This document shows positions 39,785 through 50,760 of a stretch of 64,000 nucleotides of DNA, one piece after another (position 1 is the stretch's first letter; every line of letters starts with the position of its first letter). A program made the translations under genes and the position numbers. The stretch lies in assembly GCA_028023455.1 (NCBI GenBank), contig JAQFVV010000001.1, forward strand, positions 31,992,001 through 32,056,000, in the 5' to 3' direction. The notes beneath the pieces are model-generated. The model saw only the letters and a list, made by a program, of their open reading frames with translations, ran no database searches and was not told the DNA's origin. This stretch comes from Epiperipatus broadwayi (taxonomy: Eukaryota > Animalia > Onychophora).

Positions 39785-42183
39785 ATGGGTTTGTGGAGTT
39801 TAGTTTTTAATAATTTTCCATTGAATGATATTAGAAGAATTAAAAATTTGTCTAGATTGAGTGATAGGATAGAGTCTTTACGATGGCAGATTTATTTTCT
39901 TAAAAAATGTAGGGAATTTAGTGTTTTTCCTAGGTGTTGTGTTATTAATTTTAGTAGAAATAAAAAGTTGCTTCAAAATAAGAATTTAGTTTTTAAGTTA
40001 CAAACATATATTTTGAATAGTTTTTTAAAAGAAAATTTTGTAAGGTTTTACAAATTTATTTATGTATATAAAAGAAATAGATATTATTTAGAAAGGAGGC
40101 AGGATTTTAATTATTCAATTTTGAATTTTTTTATGAGACAATTTAGACAGAACTAGGTCAAATTTCTATTGTAAAAAAATATGAAAGTAAAATAAAGTGG
40201 TTGTTTGGGAAAGTTAATAAAATTTATTGTAGTGATAAAGGGTATGAGAATAATGTTTCTGAGGATAGAGTTGTTAATCTTTCTGATTTGAAGTTAAATG
40301 ATAGAGAATTAGATATTCTTGGTAAAGGCCCTAATTTTGTTCCATTTCATTCAAAAAATATAGTTTTTGATACAATTTTGTCTATTGAATCTAGTAATTT
40401 GAGTGATGAGCAGAAAGTTGGTATTCAATCGATTTTGAATAAAAGTTTAAAAAGGAAAGAAAAATTTGTTAGTAATCCTGCTGAGATTAAACATCTTAAG
40501 AATAGGTTAGTTGCTAATGATATAATCATTTCTCATGAAGACAAAGCTGGTAGGTTTGTTATTATGAAAGGATATGAATTGAAAGAGAAAATGGATAGAG
40601 AATTAAATAATGGTAAATATATGTTGTTAGATAAAGATCCAGGTAATTTGATTAAAAGAAAATTGATAGATATTATGAAGAAAATGGTTAATTTAAAAAT
40701 TTTTAATAGAGTAGATTATTTAAAATGCTATCCTAATGATTTTACATCAGCTAAGATGTTTGTGAATATTAAAACTCATAAAAATGGTTTTCCTTTAAGA
40801 TTTATTTTTGATTTTACAGGTAGTGTTGTAGAGAGTATTTTTAGATTCTTGAATAATTTTTTAAAACAATTTGTTGATTTTGGTCGTTACACAATTTCTT
40901 CTTCTTTTGAGGCTTTTGATAAGATTAATAATTTTAAAATAGAAAGTAATTGGATTTTTGGCAGTTTGGATATTGAAAATATGTATCAGTCTGTTAATAG
41001 GTTAAGCAGTATTGATGTTCTTTTGTCTGTATTGATTAAAAAAAGTTCTTTATCAAAAAATAAAATTAAGGTAGTTAAAGATTTGTTTTTGTTATTGGAA
41101 GATTCTATGTATTTTACTTATAAATGTAATTTTTATAAGATTAAGGAAGGGTGAGTAATAGGTTATATTATTTCTCCTTTAGTATGTTCAGTTTATATAA
41201 GTTATATGGAAAAGGAAATTATTATTAAAAAGAATTGTTTATATGTAAAGTTATTTGTAAGATATGTTGATGATTGTTTAATTGTAGTTGAGAATGATAA
41301 ATTGAATGAATTTGTAAATGAGGTTAATTGCTTTGATCTTTCTATAAAATTTGTGTTAGAAGGAGGGGGATTAGATTTTGGTAAGTTAAAATTTTTAGAT
41401 CTTTTGGTGATTAGAAATGTAGAAACTAATTGTTTATTGTGCAGTCATTTAGTTAAAAGTAAAGAATTAAGATCTATAATTAAACCTGATAGCTATCAGT
41501 CTGTATCTCATAAAGTATCTGCTGTAAGAAATTATTGTCATAGGAATATTAAATTAAATAATTCTAGTGGTGTAGCTTTGTTTCAGAAATATCAATTTTA
41601 TAAAGATTATTTGAGTGTTGGATACTCTGATAAATTTGTTAAAAGTATTTTATTTAATAGTAATATTTGTAAGGATGTAAAGGTTAAAAAGAAATATGAT
41701 TTTATTTCTTTGCCATTTAAATTGTCTTCTTATAAAATTGTGTGTAGAAATAGTAAATTGTTTGGAAATAAGAAAATTGCTTTGAAAAGGGGTGTTACAT
41801 TGAATAATTTATTAAATAATACAAAATAAATTTTTGATAAAAAGACTATTCCTGATGTAGTATATTTTATCCCTTGTTTATTTTGTAAGAAGATTTACAT
41901 AGGTCAGAGTAGTTTGAGTTTAAAGGAAAGAATAAAGGTTCATAAAAGTAGAGTTAAAAATAGATATTTTAGTTCTGCTTTGTATGTCCATGAAAAAGAT
42001 ACAGGCCACACTATTGATTTTGATGAAGCTAAGATTGTCTTCTTTAAGAGAAATGAAATCAAAAGAAGAATTAAAGAATCTTTATTATTGAAAATTTATT
42101 ATTCTGAAGCAATTAACTTATTTAAGAATTCTTTTAATATTAAGGGTGGATGGGAAGTGAATGGATTTGTGGGTAGTTTTTAA
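39785..42183 (+). pseudogene. PLE polyprotein, about 799 aa reconstructed (RT + GIY-YIG endonuclease), disrupted
   Basis: N-terminal FLKKCREFSVFP; LGKGPNF; DKAGRFVIM; KTHKNGFPLRFI; motif A SLDIENMY; motif B G*VIGYIISP; YVDD; LKFLDL; GIY-YIG VVYFIPCLFCKKIYIGQS...R...H...ALYVH..DTGH...ESL. Frameshift near 40147, in-frame TGA 41152-54, in-frame TAA 41827-29. Confidence 0.92.
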
Positions 42184-42216
42184 TATTATATATATTGTGT
42201 GGTTTTGTAGTTCTTT

Positions 42217-42260
42217 GCACTTGAGAAATCTGCTTGTAGCAGTGAAACCTTTGGTTGTGT
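42217..42260 (+). ncRNA. Minimal type I hammerhead ribozyme, U3/A8 variant core
   Basis: Helix I GCAC/GTGT; core TTGAGAA 42221-27; helix II (A)tCTGC-ttgta-GCAG(T); GAAA 42244-47; helix III ACC-ttt-GGT; GUU triplet, predicted cut after 42256. Confidence 0.75.
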
Positions 42261-43019
42261 TTTAATATTATTTTTATGTTGGTCTGTTTTAATTTTGGAT
42301 TTGGAGTAGTTTTGATGGTAATATTTGTATATTTATATATCATTGTATTTGTTTAAATCTTATTCATAATATTGAAATCATATTAAGAAACCCAATATTG
42401 TAACCATTGGAATAATTGACCAAAGGTTGGTAGAACACGAGAATCCTTATAATAAAGCCCACCAGATTAGTCACCAAAAACTAATCACATAACCTGAACA
42501 ATCATCAGAAGACGGTCACAGGCTAGCTAACAGTGATCCAATCTGAGATTGCACACACAGAAACCATGTGATATGGATTTTGAAACCATCGAAGAATGAA
42601 ACCTCTTGTAGACAATACCACAGCTAAATATGATCATTAAAATACAAGATTCTTTTTATAATTAAAATATTTTTATCTTAATTTTTAAGATATCTTGATT
42701 TCAAATATAGATTCTTTTCACTCTTAATTATCTTATCTTATGTTCTAGAAATATTGTATTTATTTTAAATATAAGTTCTTTTGCAAGTTTAAAATATCAC
42801 ATCTTTTTCTCAAAATATGAAATATCAATCTTTGAATTTACATGTCATATGTAGTGATATATAAGATTCAAACTATGATTTACAATGCAAAACATGATTT
42901 ACCAAGTGAACAGGAAAACCCTGAATTGTATATGTATATATCTTGCCATTCATAGCCTCCCTTATAGTTTACCAAGTAACCCCTGACCTTAATGGCAACT
43001 AGATAGATCACAGCTACCA

Positions 43020-43930
43020 AGAATCACATCATCTCCACCATCCAAAAGATGGAAAGTGAAAACCCATACTAATCCCTGCAGCACCCATGTCCCAGCCCCC
43101 TCAATAAGGACTAGGAACTAGGCCTTGGGGTATTTCCAAAGCTCAGACTCTCTCATCCAATGCCCTTACTAATCCCCACAGCACCCAGATCCCCTCCAAA
43201 ACCCAGGCTTGTGAGACTTTCCAAGCACTAGACCCTGCCATCCAGATGCAGAGATGAGCAATACAGCAGCCCCAATCTGAAGTTTAAGCCATAACACTAA
43301 TCAAAAATGTAAATTCCACATGCTTACATCATATGCCATATACAGATTATCACAAAGTCTAATAGCCAAGCTATGAATAACATAGAGAACAAAGAGATTA
43401 AAACCACAAATGCATCATGTCATCTCCACTATCTTGAAGATGAGAAAGATGAACCCATACTAATACCCAATAGCACTCACATCCCAGCCCCCCCATAAGA
43501 ACCAGAATTCGGGCTCCAGGAATCTTCCCAAGTTCCAGACTCTCTCACATGAAGCCCCTACTAAAACCCAATACACCCACATCCCAATCCCCCTCCAAGA
43601 CCAGGGAGCTCTCCAAGCAACATACTGTCCTCAAGACCACAAAGATGAGTGACACAGTAGCCCCAATCCAATGTTCAAATCACAGTTAAACTCTTTGGGA
43701 ACTTGAGTTTTGTCCATCATGTTTCAACTTCCAGACAACTTATAAAAAACTACAAGCCTTAATCTATGAGGTCCTTAACTATTGGTAAAAATCAAATGAT
43801 AAAACCAGAAGCACAATCCATATGATGAGGTATAACTGTTAACAATCCAATGTCATAATTGCTAAGTTTAAAATCACAGTGCAAATCTCCAGGACTTCCA
43901 ATGCTTTGCATAAAAGATTCATCATCACTT
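43020..43930 (+). mobile_element. C-rich diverged tandem units (period about 390 bp), possibly a decayed gag-like LINE ORF1
   Basis: 43020-43300 aligns with 43410-43690. Pro/Ser/Thr-rich broken frames end in APIQCSNH, and TIQCHNC*V*NH occurs near 43840, like CCHC-knuckle starts. Confidence 0.35.
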
Positions 43931-44922
43931 TTCAAAATCAAGAACTTTAATGTATATGTAGTAACAAGATGTTTGGATTATGTGTTATACAACAATATAA
44001 TTCTAGATTATAGAGCAATCAAAGATGTACATAGAGTCATTTATCCATTAAAATCACATATTGAATAGTGTCCATCATGTCTCAGTACTCTGATAATCCA
44101 TGAATACCAGAAGCACTAATTCATATAGTCAAATGTTAAAATGATCGAATTGTACAGTTCAGCATTCAAGATAGAAAAAATATTTAATATAAAATGTAAG
44201 GTTGAATAATTAAGCAAAACTTGAAATCAAATGTTCAGATACAGTCTAAAACAATTCACTATAGTGGAAAAAATCTTCTTTACAAGTGAAATCTCAGGTC
44301 TAAAATGCAAGCACAAAACTGCAACGAATAATGTTGTCATTTTTAACACATGAATGAGCCATCCAAATCTGGTATAACATTTTAAGAGACATAGTCAGTG
44401 ATCCAGCTTCAAATGCATGGATAAAAGATAAAGCAGCACTTGATATAAATGATCAGGTACAATGAGAAACAATTTACTATTGGGAAAAATTATTTCGAAT
44501 TAAAATCTCAGGTTTAAAAAGCAAGCATTAAAGTCTAAATAAATAACGCTACTATTGCTAACAAATGAATGAGCTATCTAATTCTGGTAACAATCTCCAG
44601 AGTACCTTTTTTCAGTTCCACCCCATATAAAAACTAGGATTCAGGCCCTCAGGGATCCTCCTAACAATCAGACACTTTCACCCAGTCAGTGAAGCTGCCT
44701 TGAATCAAAATATTCCCTGAAAAATTCAGTCTTTCAATAGAAATCTCTAGAAAATTTACATGGTTGTCAGTTATTTTTAGCAGTGCTCCAAAGAAATATT
44801 TTAATCAAGCTTACTTGTTGTCTGATGGTGCCATAAATTGGAAACCTTTTAGAGAAAAAAAATTCTCTAAAATATAATTTAGGTAACTAAAATGGGGAGC
44901 CAGTAACAGAGTAAACTTTTGA

Positions 44923-44956
<34 letters not shown>

Positions 44957-45806
44957 ACCGGGTTCAAATATATGTCCTCAAAACATATATATATATATTA
45001 CTATCATATTCTGCTCCACTACAAAAATAAAAATATTTAATATATAAAAGCATAAAAGATATAAATTGAGAAACTATCAAAATAGAACAACAGTGAGTTT
45101 AAAAATCAACAAAATCAATAAAGGAATACTTTTTATAAAAGCAGATGGATCCCAAAAACATTTCAGTTTAAAGCTTGCAAAAAACCTCTATAAAATAATG
45201 GATTTGAAAATAAAGTATTGGATAATAAAGTTGTACACACACAAAAATAATAAATAAATATATTTTTGAGATACTGTAAAAAAATTAAAAATTAATGCAC
45301 TATTAAATATGCAGAGGTAACTACTAAGTATTTCAATATAAAGTAATACTAAAGTGGAAGTCAAATAAATTCCATTAAAAAGTATCAAACATTTTCCATT
45401 GTAAAATCATAATGTAATGCAGCATTACATAATTTAATGAAGAACTATAGTGACAGACAGTTCATGGCTAAAGATTCCAGAACTGACTCAGCTAAATAAC
45501 ATAATTAAAAAAAACTCTGAGCAGAATAACTGAATAGAAATGTTAAATGCTAAATCTGTTCTATGGTGACTTCTGAAGTAAATTATCATGTGATTATTTA
45601 TAGTATAATGCAAAAATTCTGGATAAGCAAAGCTTTTGTCATAATCATTAATGCTAATAATGTTTTTTTCAAAATGAAATTCATTTAATTAATAAAATTG
45701 TCTTACTATATTATCATCAAAACTAAATTCATTCTAAAGATGATTTTACACAACAATAATTTGATTAACATTTGTGAAACATTTTTATACAACTTCTAAA
45801 TTTCAG

Positions 45807-45878
45807 ATAGATGGCTTATTGTGAACCTAGCTATCTATTCAAAATGGGTCAATAGAAAGTATTTACCTTTATTTAGAG
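45807..45878 (+). CDS. Candidate 72-nt coding exon, (D)RWLIVNLAIYSKWVNRKYLPLFR, gene unidentified
   Basis: Acceptor ctaaatttcag| and donor gag|gtaagc. Only one frame is open, phase 1-1, protein-like composition. No family recognised. Confidence 0.45.
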
Positions 45879-47050
45879 GTAAGCAGCATAAGAAACCTCA
45901 CATTGAATAGTTTGCTTGCCTTTCACTTTATTTTTAATGGAAGTTTTTTAAAGATATTTTTTACTTTTCACTTACACATGCACACATATATTTCATGTTT
46001 TCATTCTTAAATTAAAATAAATTTTATTATATAGGTAAAAGCAAATATTTTATAATATTCACTGACATAAATTTTTCTTTTGGATTCTAATGTATGACAT
46101 GATAAGTATAACAACAACTGATTTTATTTGATCTAAACTAAGTTAATTTCACAAAATAGAAGTCATTAGAATAAGAAAATATATAATATAGACTATAGCT
46201 GAAGTTAACATTCCTATTATTATCTGATAAACTGATTACTTCATTGGTTTTATGTCAATTATTTTTTTAACATTATTTTGACACTCAAATAAAGCTTACC
46301 GTAAACATTTAAATTGGTAGAAACATTTTTAAAATCACAAAATGTAAAATTATGAATATGTATTTATATCTGGAATTTCATCAGAATCACATATCTTTCA
46401 GATTTAAAATTAGAAATAGATATCTTAAACTTTATCTAGTTGGATATCTCAATTTATATGTAAATGAGTTGTTAGAATGCACACTTCATTAATTACAGGC
46501 TATGAATTTTGTATCATTATTTAAAAAATAAAATGTTCTATCTTTTCAAAACATGATTATATATATATAAGTTTTATTTGCTAATTTAATAGAATTATGG
46601 TATTGCATTTGTTTTTGTATCTATATTTTATTTATAAAAAACATCCAAAGAAATCATGATAATCAAATGATTTTATTGCCTTTGCAGTTTTAATCCATCA
46701 CTCTTTTTTAACTGTTCTTTGACAATCATTTAATTTCTGCCTATAAAATTCAATATTTATTTAATTTATTTAATTGACTATGTGATTTTTAAAAAATGAT
46801 TGTCTTAAATCTAGTGAGAATTTTATCTTATTAAATCCTATTTTTGTCCATATCGACTCTTTAAAAAAACTTTGCCTTAAAAATAACCAATTTAAATATT
46901 AAAACTAATGATTTAAGTTAATATGACTAACAGCATATTATACATATTATCATACAAACATTGATTGCTTTCACTGGAAAGACATGACTCAGAATAGAAT
47001 AAAATGCAGAACTATAATTAAAATAAGAGTTAAAGTTTTCTATTAAGCAG

Positions 47051-47079
47051 CATCACAAAATATCAGAGAAACAGAATAA
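47051..47079 (+). CDS. Candidate terminal coding segment (A)SQNIRETE*
   Basis: Acceptor ttttctattaagcag|; phase compatible with 45807-45878. Followed by T-rich sequence and AATAAA at 47244-49. An internal-exon reading using the gtatgt donor at 47087 is equally possible. Confidence 0.25.
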
Positions 47080-47659
47080 TGTACTAGTATGTTCCACATT
47101 TGGACATTTGTGATTTATGGATTTGTTTATAAAATTAATTTTATTATAACTTTTTTCTATTGTATCATTGTTATGTTTTTTCTGTCCTTTTTTTTCTTTT
47201 TGGAGTTGAAATATTTGTTTAGTAATGGTTGTTAATAATAATGAATAAATGCACACTAATTACATTCTCCCCATGTAATAATATGATTCTTGTTTTAAAT
47301 ATCTTTAATGCCATATATTTGATGTTAAAATTTGAATTTATAAATATTTGATATTTTTTAATGAAGTGATTGGTTTTGCTATTTCTTCCAATTTACAAGT
47401 TATTTACCAAAAGTTTTTAATGTTTTAAATGCATAGTATAAAACCTTTGATTTAGAATAAATGTTTAAAATTTACAATTGCTTTATCATTCAATGATGCA
47501 CAAAAAAATCTTAAGCAACTTTTATCATAGATGACTGCCAATGTAAAAATATAGATAATTTAAACATCACAATGGCTTTTTTTAAATAAAAATGCATACT
47601 TGAATGTTGAAGTACAGCACAGCTTCATTACAAACATAGAGTTTTTTGCCATGGTACTT

Positions 47660-47943
47660 TAAATGATCAAATTTCAATATTAAAATTTGTCCATAATATT
47701 GCCTTGTATATATAAAATTTAAAAAAATCAATTTAAGACAAAATTGAAATAGATAACTCACTATAAATAAAAATATTATTTAATACATCAATTCAGCTTG
47801 CATTCCATAATGGAATCTTTTCAATCAAGATCTTGAAAAAGTTCCATTATGGAATGAAAGCTGCATTAATGTATTAAATAATATTTTTATTTATAGTGAG
47901 TTATCTATTTCAATTTTGTTTTAAATTGATTATTTTTAATTTT
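47660..47943. repeat. Head-to-head inverted repeat (arms of about 110 bp) carrying hammerhead-like cores
   Basis: Arms 47714-47824 and 47833-47943 with an 8-bp spacer. The right arm begins TTGAAAA a GTTCCA-tta-TGGAAT GAAA gctg; the left arm has GCAA in place of GAAA. Confidence 0.85.
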
Positions 47944-48889
47944 ACCATAATAGTATATAATTATTTATACTATTCACAATTACTCGTAATATTTAATATT
48001 AGCTTCATATATTGAGAATATATTTTATTCTGAACACATCTAACTTCATATGTATAATGAAAAAATTATAATTAATTTCACTTTCATATCTATTTAAAGA
48101 TATTTTTGATGTATTTTTTTATTTATTTTAATAAAACTATTATCAGAAATAAACAAAGATTTACCATTGGCTTATCTTACTGAACATTAAACTTTTTAAA
48201 AAATAAATAAATAATTTTTTACTTTTAAAAACTATTTTTAAACATTTAATTAATCATAAAAATCCTTAAGAATAGCGTTGATAACTAATGAGTACATATT
48301 TAAAAAACCAAAGTGTTTTAATTAGATATATTGTTTTTATTTATTGATTATATTAAAATCTATATCAAATTTCATATTTCCTTTTGTAACAAAAAGTATG
48401 TTTTTTACATCTTTATTATTTTATATTTGCTTTATCTTGCAATCTTTTTCTTTGTTTAATTTCTTTCTTTATGTTTCAATACTAATATTTATATCAAATA
48501 CATCAGTATGGAATGCTGTTGTTGACAATTAATTCCAGTCATATCAACAATTACATGTTAATTTAAAGCAAACTACTGTATATTATATTATAAATTAAAA
48601 TCAATGAGCAAAATAAAATGAAACTTTAATGCTACAAGATGAATGTTTTAGATATAGAGATGCCTAACATAGTATTGAGATATTTCTCACCATATCTGTC
48701 TAGAATCTCTTAACTAAATAAAAGCTATTTAAATAACTAAATGCATCTATAACCCATACAGTTGAATATATTTGAAGACTTTAAATAAATTTTTAATTTT
48801 TCTAAAGGAATTCAGTATTTAATATGATTAAAATAGTTCAAAATAATATAATTACTACTTAAATGCCTCTTTGTTGTTTCTCTATGGAA

Positions 48890-50760
48890 AAATGCGGAAA
48901 TGTGTTTACTCTATTATGAGTTTTTTAAGGCTATTTCATTTATTTATTATCATTCTAAGACATCTTTATTTTAAGCAGTATTAATATCACTCTAATTATG
49001 ATTTAAAATCTCCTCTTTTTTTTGTTAATTTCACGTATATTGTATATAAATATTTTGAAAATTTTGTGGATCCCTTTTTCTATAGCAAAAAAGAGATATA
49101 TATACAGAGGAAAATGTGTGTTAGCAGTAAATTAATAAATAAAACGCATAAATCGTAAAAGGCGTTTTAAAAATAAATTCAAATAATCAATTTTTTATTT
49201 AATTATTAAAACTCTTTTAATAAATGTGATAAATTATAAAATTTATTATTTTAAAACAAAAACTATATGTTTATATTAATAAATTAGTGTTACCTAAATA
49301 CGGTTTTAAATTGCTCACTATATCATTACGCAATCCACCCTTTTTATTTTATTCTTTTAAAAGAATTATTTTAAATTTTATAACTTATTAATGCCTTAAT
49401 TGTACTGCCATAACTATAAATTATATTGACATATGAATTATTGATATAATGAGTTAAAAATAATAATAAAACATGCATCAACGTTTTTAGGGCATTTTTT
49501 TATAAATGTATATGCAGTATTCAAATGGAAGGGAAAAAATTCAAATATTTAAGTGTGATGTTTCTGTCACGATTCATATTTTATAACATGAAAGTGAAAT
49601 GGGTTAGTCGTGTAAGCTTGGTTGAGCATTTTGTCCTCTTTTATTCAATGTATGAAAATAGAAAAAAAAAAAAAAATACAAAAAAAAAAAGCGTCATAAA
49701 ATATTTTTTATGAAGATTATTACAAATATTGAAAATATAAAATTTTAATTGAAAATATATGTATATAAAGTACTTTACAATAAATAAATTCGCTTGTTTA
49801 AATTTCTAGACTACAGTTCGTTCACATTGTGCTTGTTACTAGGCAACCAAACCATATTGCCTAACAGATAAAAATATAAGCTTTATTTATGTTTCATAAT
49901 CTTGCTTGACTATCTATTTCTAACATCGATTTGGCTTACTCCTATTCTGTTACTAATGTAAATCACATTATCAGACTGATGTGAAATCTTTGAAATGATC
50001 CTATTCTGCATCACGTAGATGAAATGTTAAAAACTCAATACATTAAGGGTTAAAACTCCATTTATCAAACTTCTGACATGCTAAAAGCTAATGTTTGTTT
50101 TGTGTAATATATTACAAAGCTGATCAAACACTTGGATACAGAGATCTATGTATATTTATGATTAATATTATTACTAGTTAATTAATTCTAATCAATTAGA
50201 ATTTTATTTTTCTTCTTATTAAAAATAATAATGATTCAACAGAAAAATGTTACTATTAATTAAAGGGTTTGAGATCACAATAAATGTAATAAAATGCGTA
50301 TAAAAAATGAAATGAGGAAAAGCTGAATGATGGTGCTGTCTAAATTTTAACATAAAGAATTTCTTTGTTTAAATTCATAAAAAGTTTAAAAGCTATATTT
50401 TACATATTGTGCCTGAAATTTGAGCAGTACTGACATCTATTGTTGAACCAGCGGATCTGCTAACTTTTGATGAAACGACTAATTTTTTTTTAATGTAATT
50501 TTTTTTATAATTACAAATTTATAACTGTTACACATATCTAATGCTCAAATCAATTTAATATATTTCGTAATAAAAATAAATAAATACGATTTATACGTAT
50601 TACAAAACGAGCAATAGTTAAAATTACTTAAATGTATTTATTTTGTTATCAGTATAGAGCAGTTCAATCATAAATCATATTATACTTATCATACACACAC
50701 CCAAACATATGTTTATAAAATCGTTATTCTCAATCATTTTTATACACCGCATTTCGAGTT
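48890..50760. promoter_or_regulatory. CpG-retaining patch, candidate unmethylated promoter region
   Basis: About 25 CpG counted by eye in about 1.9 kb, versus about 2-4 per 2 kb in 45-47 kb and 51-53 kb. Confidence 0.45.
49835..49847. promoter_or_regulatory. RFX X-box-like motif GTTACTAGGCAAC
   Basis: Matches the 13-bp imperfect palindromic RFX site (GTTRCY-N-RGYAAC type) and lies inside the CpG-retaining patch. Confidence 0.4.

Larger units (their letters stand above)
39388..42316 (+). mobile_element. Penelope-like element (PLE) with C-terminal GIY-YIG, terminal direct repeats and hammerhead
   Basis: RT and GIY-YIG ORF as in the next entry. 59-bp direct repeat at 39388-39446 and 42258-42316 (3 mismatches). 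Hammerhead at 42217-42260. Strong T/G-rich, C-poor strand bias. Confidence 0.93.

Noticed and set aside
42140-42343. Minus-strand 67-aa ORF, and the antisense ORFs 27216-27641, 27638-27829 and 26050-26295
   Set aside because: They are shadows of the PLE or RTE sense strand, with biased composition and no motifs.
42505-42545. cagaagacGGTCAC...GTGATCcaa, similar to PLE ctgaaga-ggtcac...gtgacc-gaaa motifs
   Set aside because: Both core halves are mutated (CAGAAGA, CAAT) and helices I and III cannot be built.
42398-42650. TGTAACC...ACA block resembling a solo LTR
   Set aside because: No matching TSD and no second copy in the window.
44780-44870. Mariner-like MAPSD on the minus strand, and a Tc1-like tail at about 4600-4720 (-)
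   Set aside because: Single short motifs with no supporting TIRs or DDE context.
49938-50011. Minus-strand first-exon candidate MQNRIISKISHQSDNVIYISNRIG|gtaagc
   Set aside because: No compatible downstream exon was found, and it would run antisense into the plus-strand exon candidates; chance is likely.
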